A stretch of 63,964 nucleotides of DNA, the filler included, from Rhabdomonas costata (lineage: Eukaryota), in assembly GCA_019059605.1 (NCBI GenBank). It is 28 parts of 28 records of this genome, joined end to end, with 100 filler letters (N's around TTAATTAATTAA, not from the genome) between each part and the next. Parts side by side here need not be neighbours in the genome. Positions count along the whole stretch, not along the records: positions 61,781 to 63,964 come from JAHMHO010005005.1; 27 more parts are not named here. One strand, 5' to 3'. The translations under genes were made by a program, and so were the position numbers. Positions 62,396-63,964 of this stretch are shown piece by piece. Under the pieces are notes generated by a model. It did not search any database and had not been told where the DNA came from. It worked only from the letters and a program-made list of their open reading frames with translations. Positions within the stretch are counted from its first letter, which is position 1. Each line of letters starts with the position of its first letter.

Positions 62396-63942
62396 TCAGT
62401 CGTGAGGGGAGGAAGTAGAGCTGGAGGAGCCTACGGTGGATATGGCGTGGGCAACGAGGAAGGAGATGAGGTAAGATAGGGATGCTGCTGCGAAGCCGCT
62501 GAGCAGGATGCTGGTGGCGGACCGCAAGCGGGGAACTTGGATGAGCTTGCCCTTGAGGTAACCCAGCACAAACAGGCAGGCCCCAGTCAGCCCGCAGCTA
62601 AGCAGCAGGGCAGCCGAAGGGGCTGCGACGGGAGACAAGCAGAAGCGTGTGTATGGCAGAGCGCATCTTAGGAACGATAAGAGCATAGCGGCCATCTTTT
62701 CCGGAAATTTTGTCCCCTCAGGAGCCTCCTGTATTTCAGGAGATGGCTATTTTCCAGGACTTCGGCTTCGTAGTGACTGTTATTATAACGATGTGGCCCG
62801 CAAAGTCCAAACAACGTTTTGCTAGTAATATAATCCAAAAGTCGTCAATATCAGCAATGAAATACGGTACGCAAAACAAGACCAAGGGACGTGAACCTTT
62901 AAATCCGTAGTCACCTTCACAAAGTAATCCTTCAGAAGGGAAGAAGGTCCAGAAGAAAATCTGACTGAAAACACAGGGGGCCAGGAGGAGGAGATGGAAG
63001 GTCCACAGAGACCTAAGTCCGCGAGGTAGGCCAGCAGGGGCACCGATCCGAAGGTGATGAAGGAGACGAACATGATCACGCCCTGCTTCAGGGGCGCCCA
63101 CTCGTCCTCCCCTGCATCGGGCTGGATCCCTTCAAAGGAATCACGCACCATGATACCATCACGCACCATCACGCACCAAACACTTCAAAAGGGTCGTCAA
63201 CTCGACTTACATCACCCAGAGACCACTTTCCAGATCTCAGTTTTTCATGTGCTTGACTTGCCCTTGCCGCGTCGCACTCCTTCTGAAGTAATCTGGAGGC
63301 ACAGGCATCGAACCTTGCCTTTAGCAGAAACAAAAAGGAAAAAGACGTGCCTCACCGTTCAGCGACAAAGAACCAATAAGTGACGCGTTTGCAGCATACC
63401 ACAAATGTGCGAAACACAGTATTACGTCCTTATGCTCTGCGTTTGCGATGTTCCCAACAGACTGCCTGCCACGTGAGAGTCGAACAGATGAACAGATGAA
63501 CAGTCGAACAGCTGTTGAAGCCAAAGCCAAAGCTGCAAACACACGCCGGGTGCCCATTAACAATTTACCGCTAGTACTAAAATGACCTTACATGACGTGG
63601 CTGGGGCGGGTGGAGAGTCATTTGCACACCAAGCTCATCGATCATCATCAGATCCACGAAAACCTTCGGGTACTAACGAGAGAACATAAGGACAGGAAGG
63701 CAGCAAAGGGTCACTCGGCGGAGCAACAACTTAGGAGAAGGAACAACACAACCCAGAATTCAAGACTTGCATGAACAGCGGAGCCTTCAGGTTTCAGAGG
63801 TCTCAGTACTCTGATTCTGACCAAGCTCCCCAGTTTTCCATTGATTTGCGGCAAACCTTCATCATCACGTCCATCATGGCCGAGGCGTCCTGCTCCGAGA
63901 CCCCTTTGTTGATGTACAGGTCTACCATCTCCTGCTTCTCCC
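62396..63942 (-). CDS. VIT1: VIT1/CCC1-family vacuolar Fe2+/Mn2+ transporter, last four exons (5'-partial)
   Basis: Exons 63857-63942, 63630-63672, 63013-63129 and 62396-62622 (GT-AG, in frame) give GEKQEMVDLYINKGVSEQDA...MK|YPKVFVDLMMIDELG|IQPD...PLKQGVIMFVSFITFGSVPLLAY...LFVLGYLKG. Confidence 0.93.
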
Positions 63943-63964
63943 CTGTTCGCACCCACCACACAAA

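Noticed and set aside
1-63964. Spliced-leader RNA gene, rRNA, or clear euglenid non-conventional introns
   Set aside because: None was recognised by eye. All homology-anchored junctions except the one near 8620-8976 resolve as GT-AG or GC-AG.

Overview
This window is not a contiguous locus. It is a pseudo-scaffold of 28 unrelated ~2.2 kb contigs joined by 27 artificial 100-nt linkers (N44-TTAATTAATTAA-N44), so gene neighbourhoods across linkers mean nothing. The DNA is from an intron-rich eukaryote, probably a euglenozoan and most likely a euglenid (my inference from a lineage-typical zinc ribbon and a receptor-cyclase-like fragment). Contig ends carry a G/T-primer whole-genome-amplification signature. 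Manual splicing recovers fragments of TRM10, a PIG-L-family deacetylase, a 2H phosphoesterase, an RNAi-type RdRP (DLDGD), TAPT1, a DDHD-type phospholipase A1, a WD40 protein (GC-AG intron), an SLC45/sucrose-transporter-like protein, a dual-specificity phosphatase, SF3B3, a RING protein and VIT1/CCC1. Decayed mobile elements are also present: a CRE-like non-LTR retroelement, plus weaker Transib/RAG-like and PolB-like relics. The standout is an intronless ORF of at least 636 aa (59545-61455) with a DEDD-fold nuclease carrying a Maelstrom/arenavirus-NP-type E-C-H-C zinc site. It is probably from a virus or mobile element and is a candidate RNA-silencing factor or suppressor. All family assignments come from motif recognition by eye; no searches were run.
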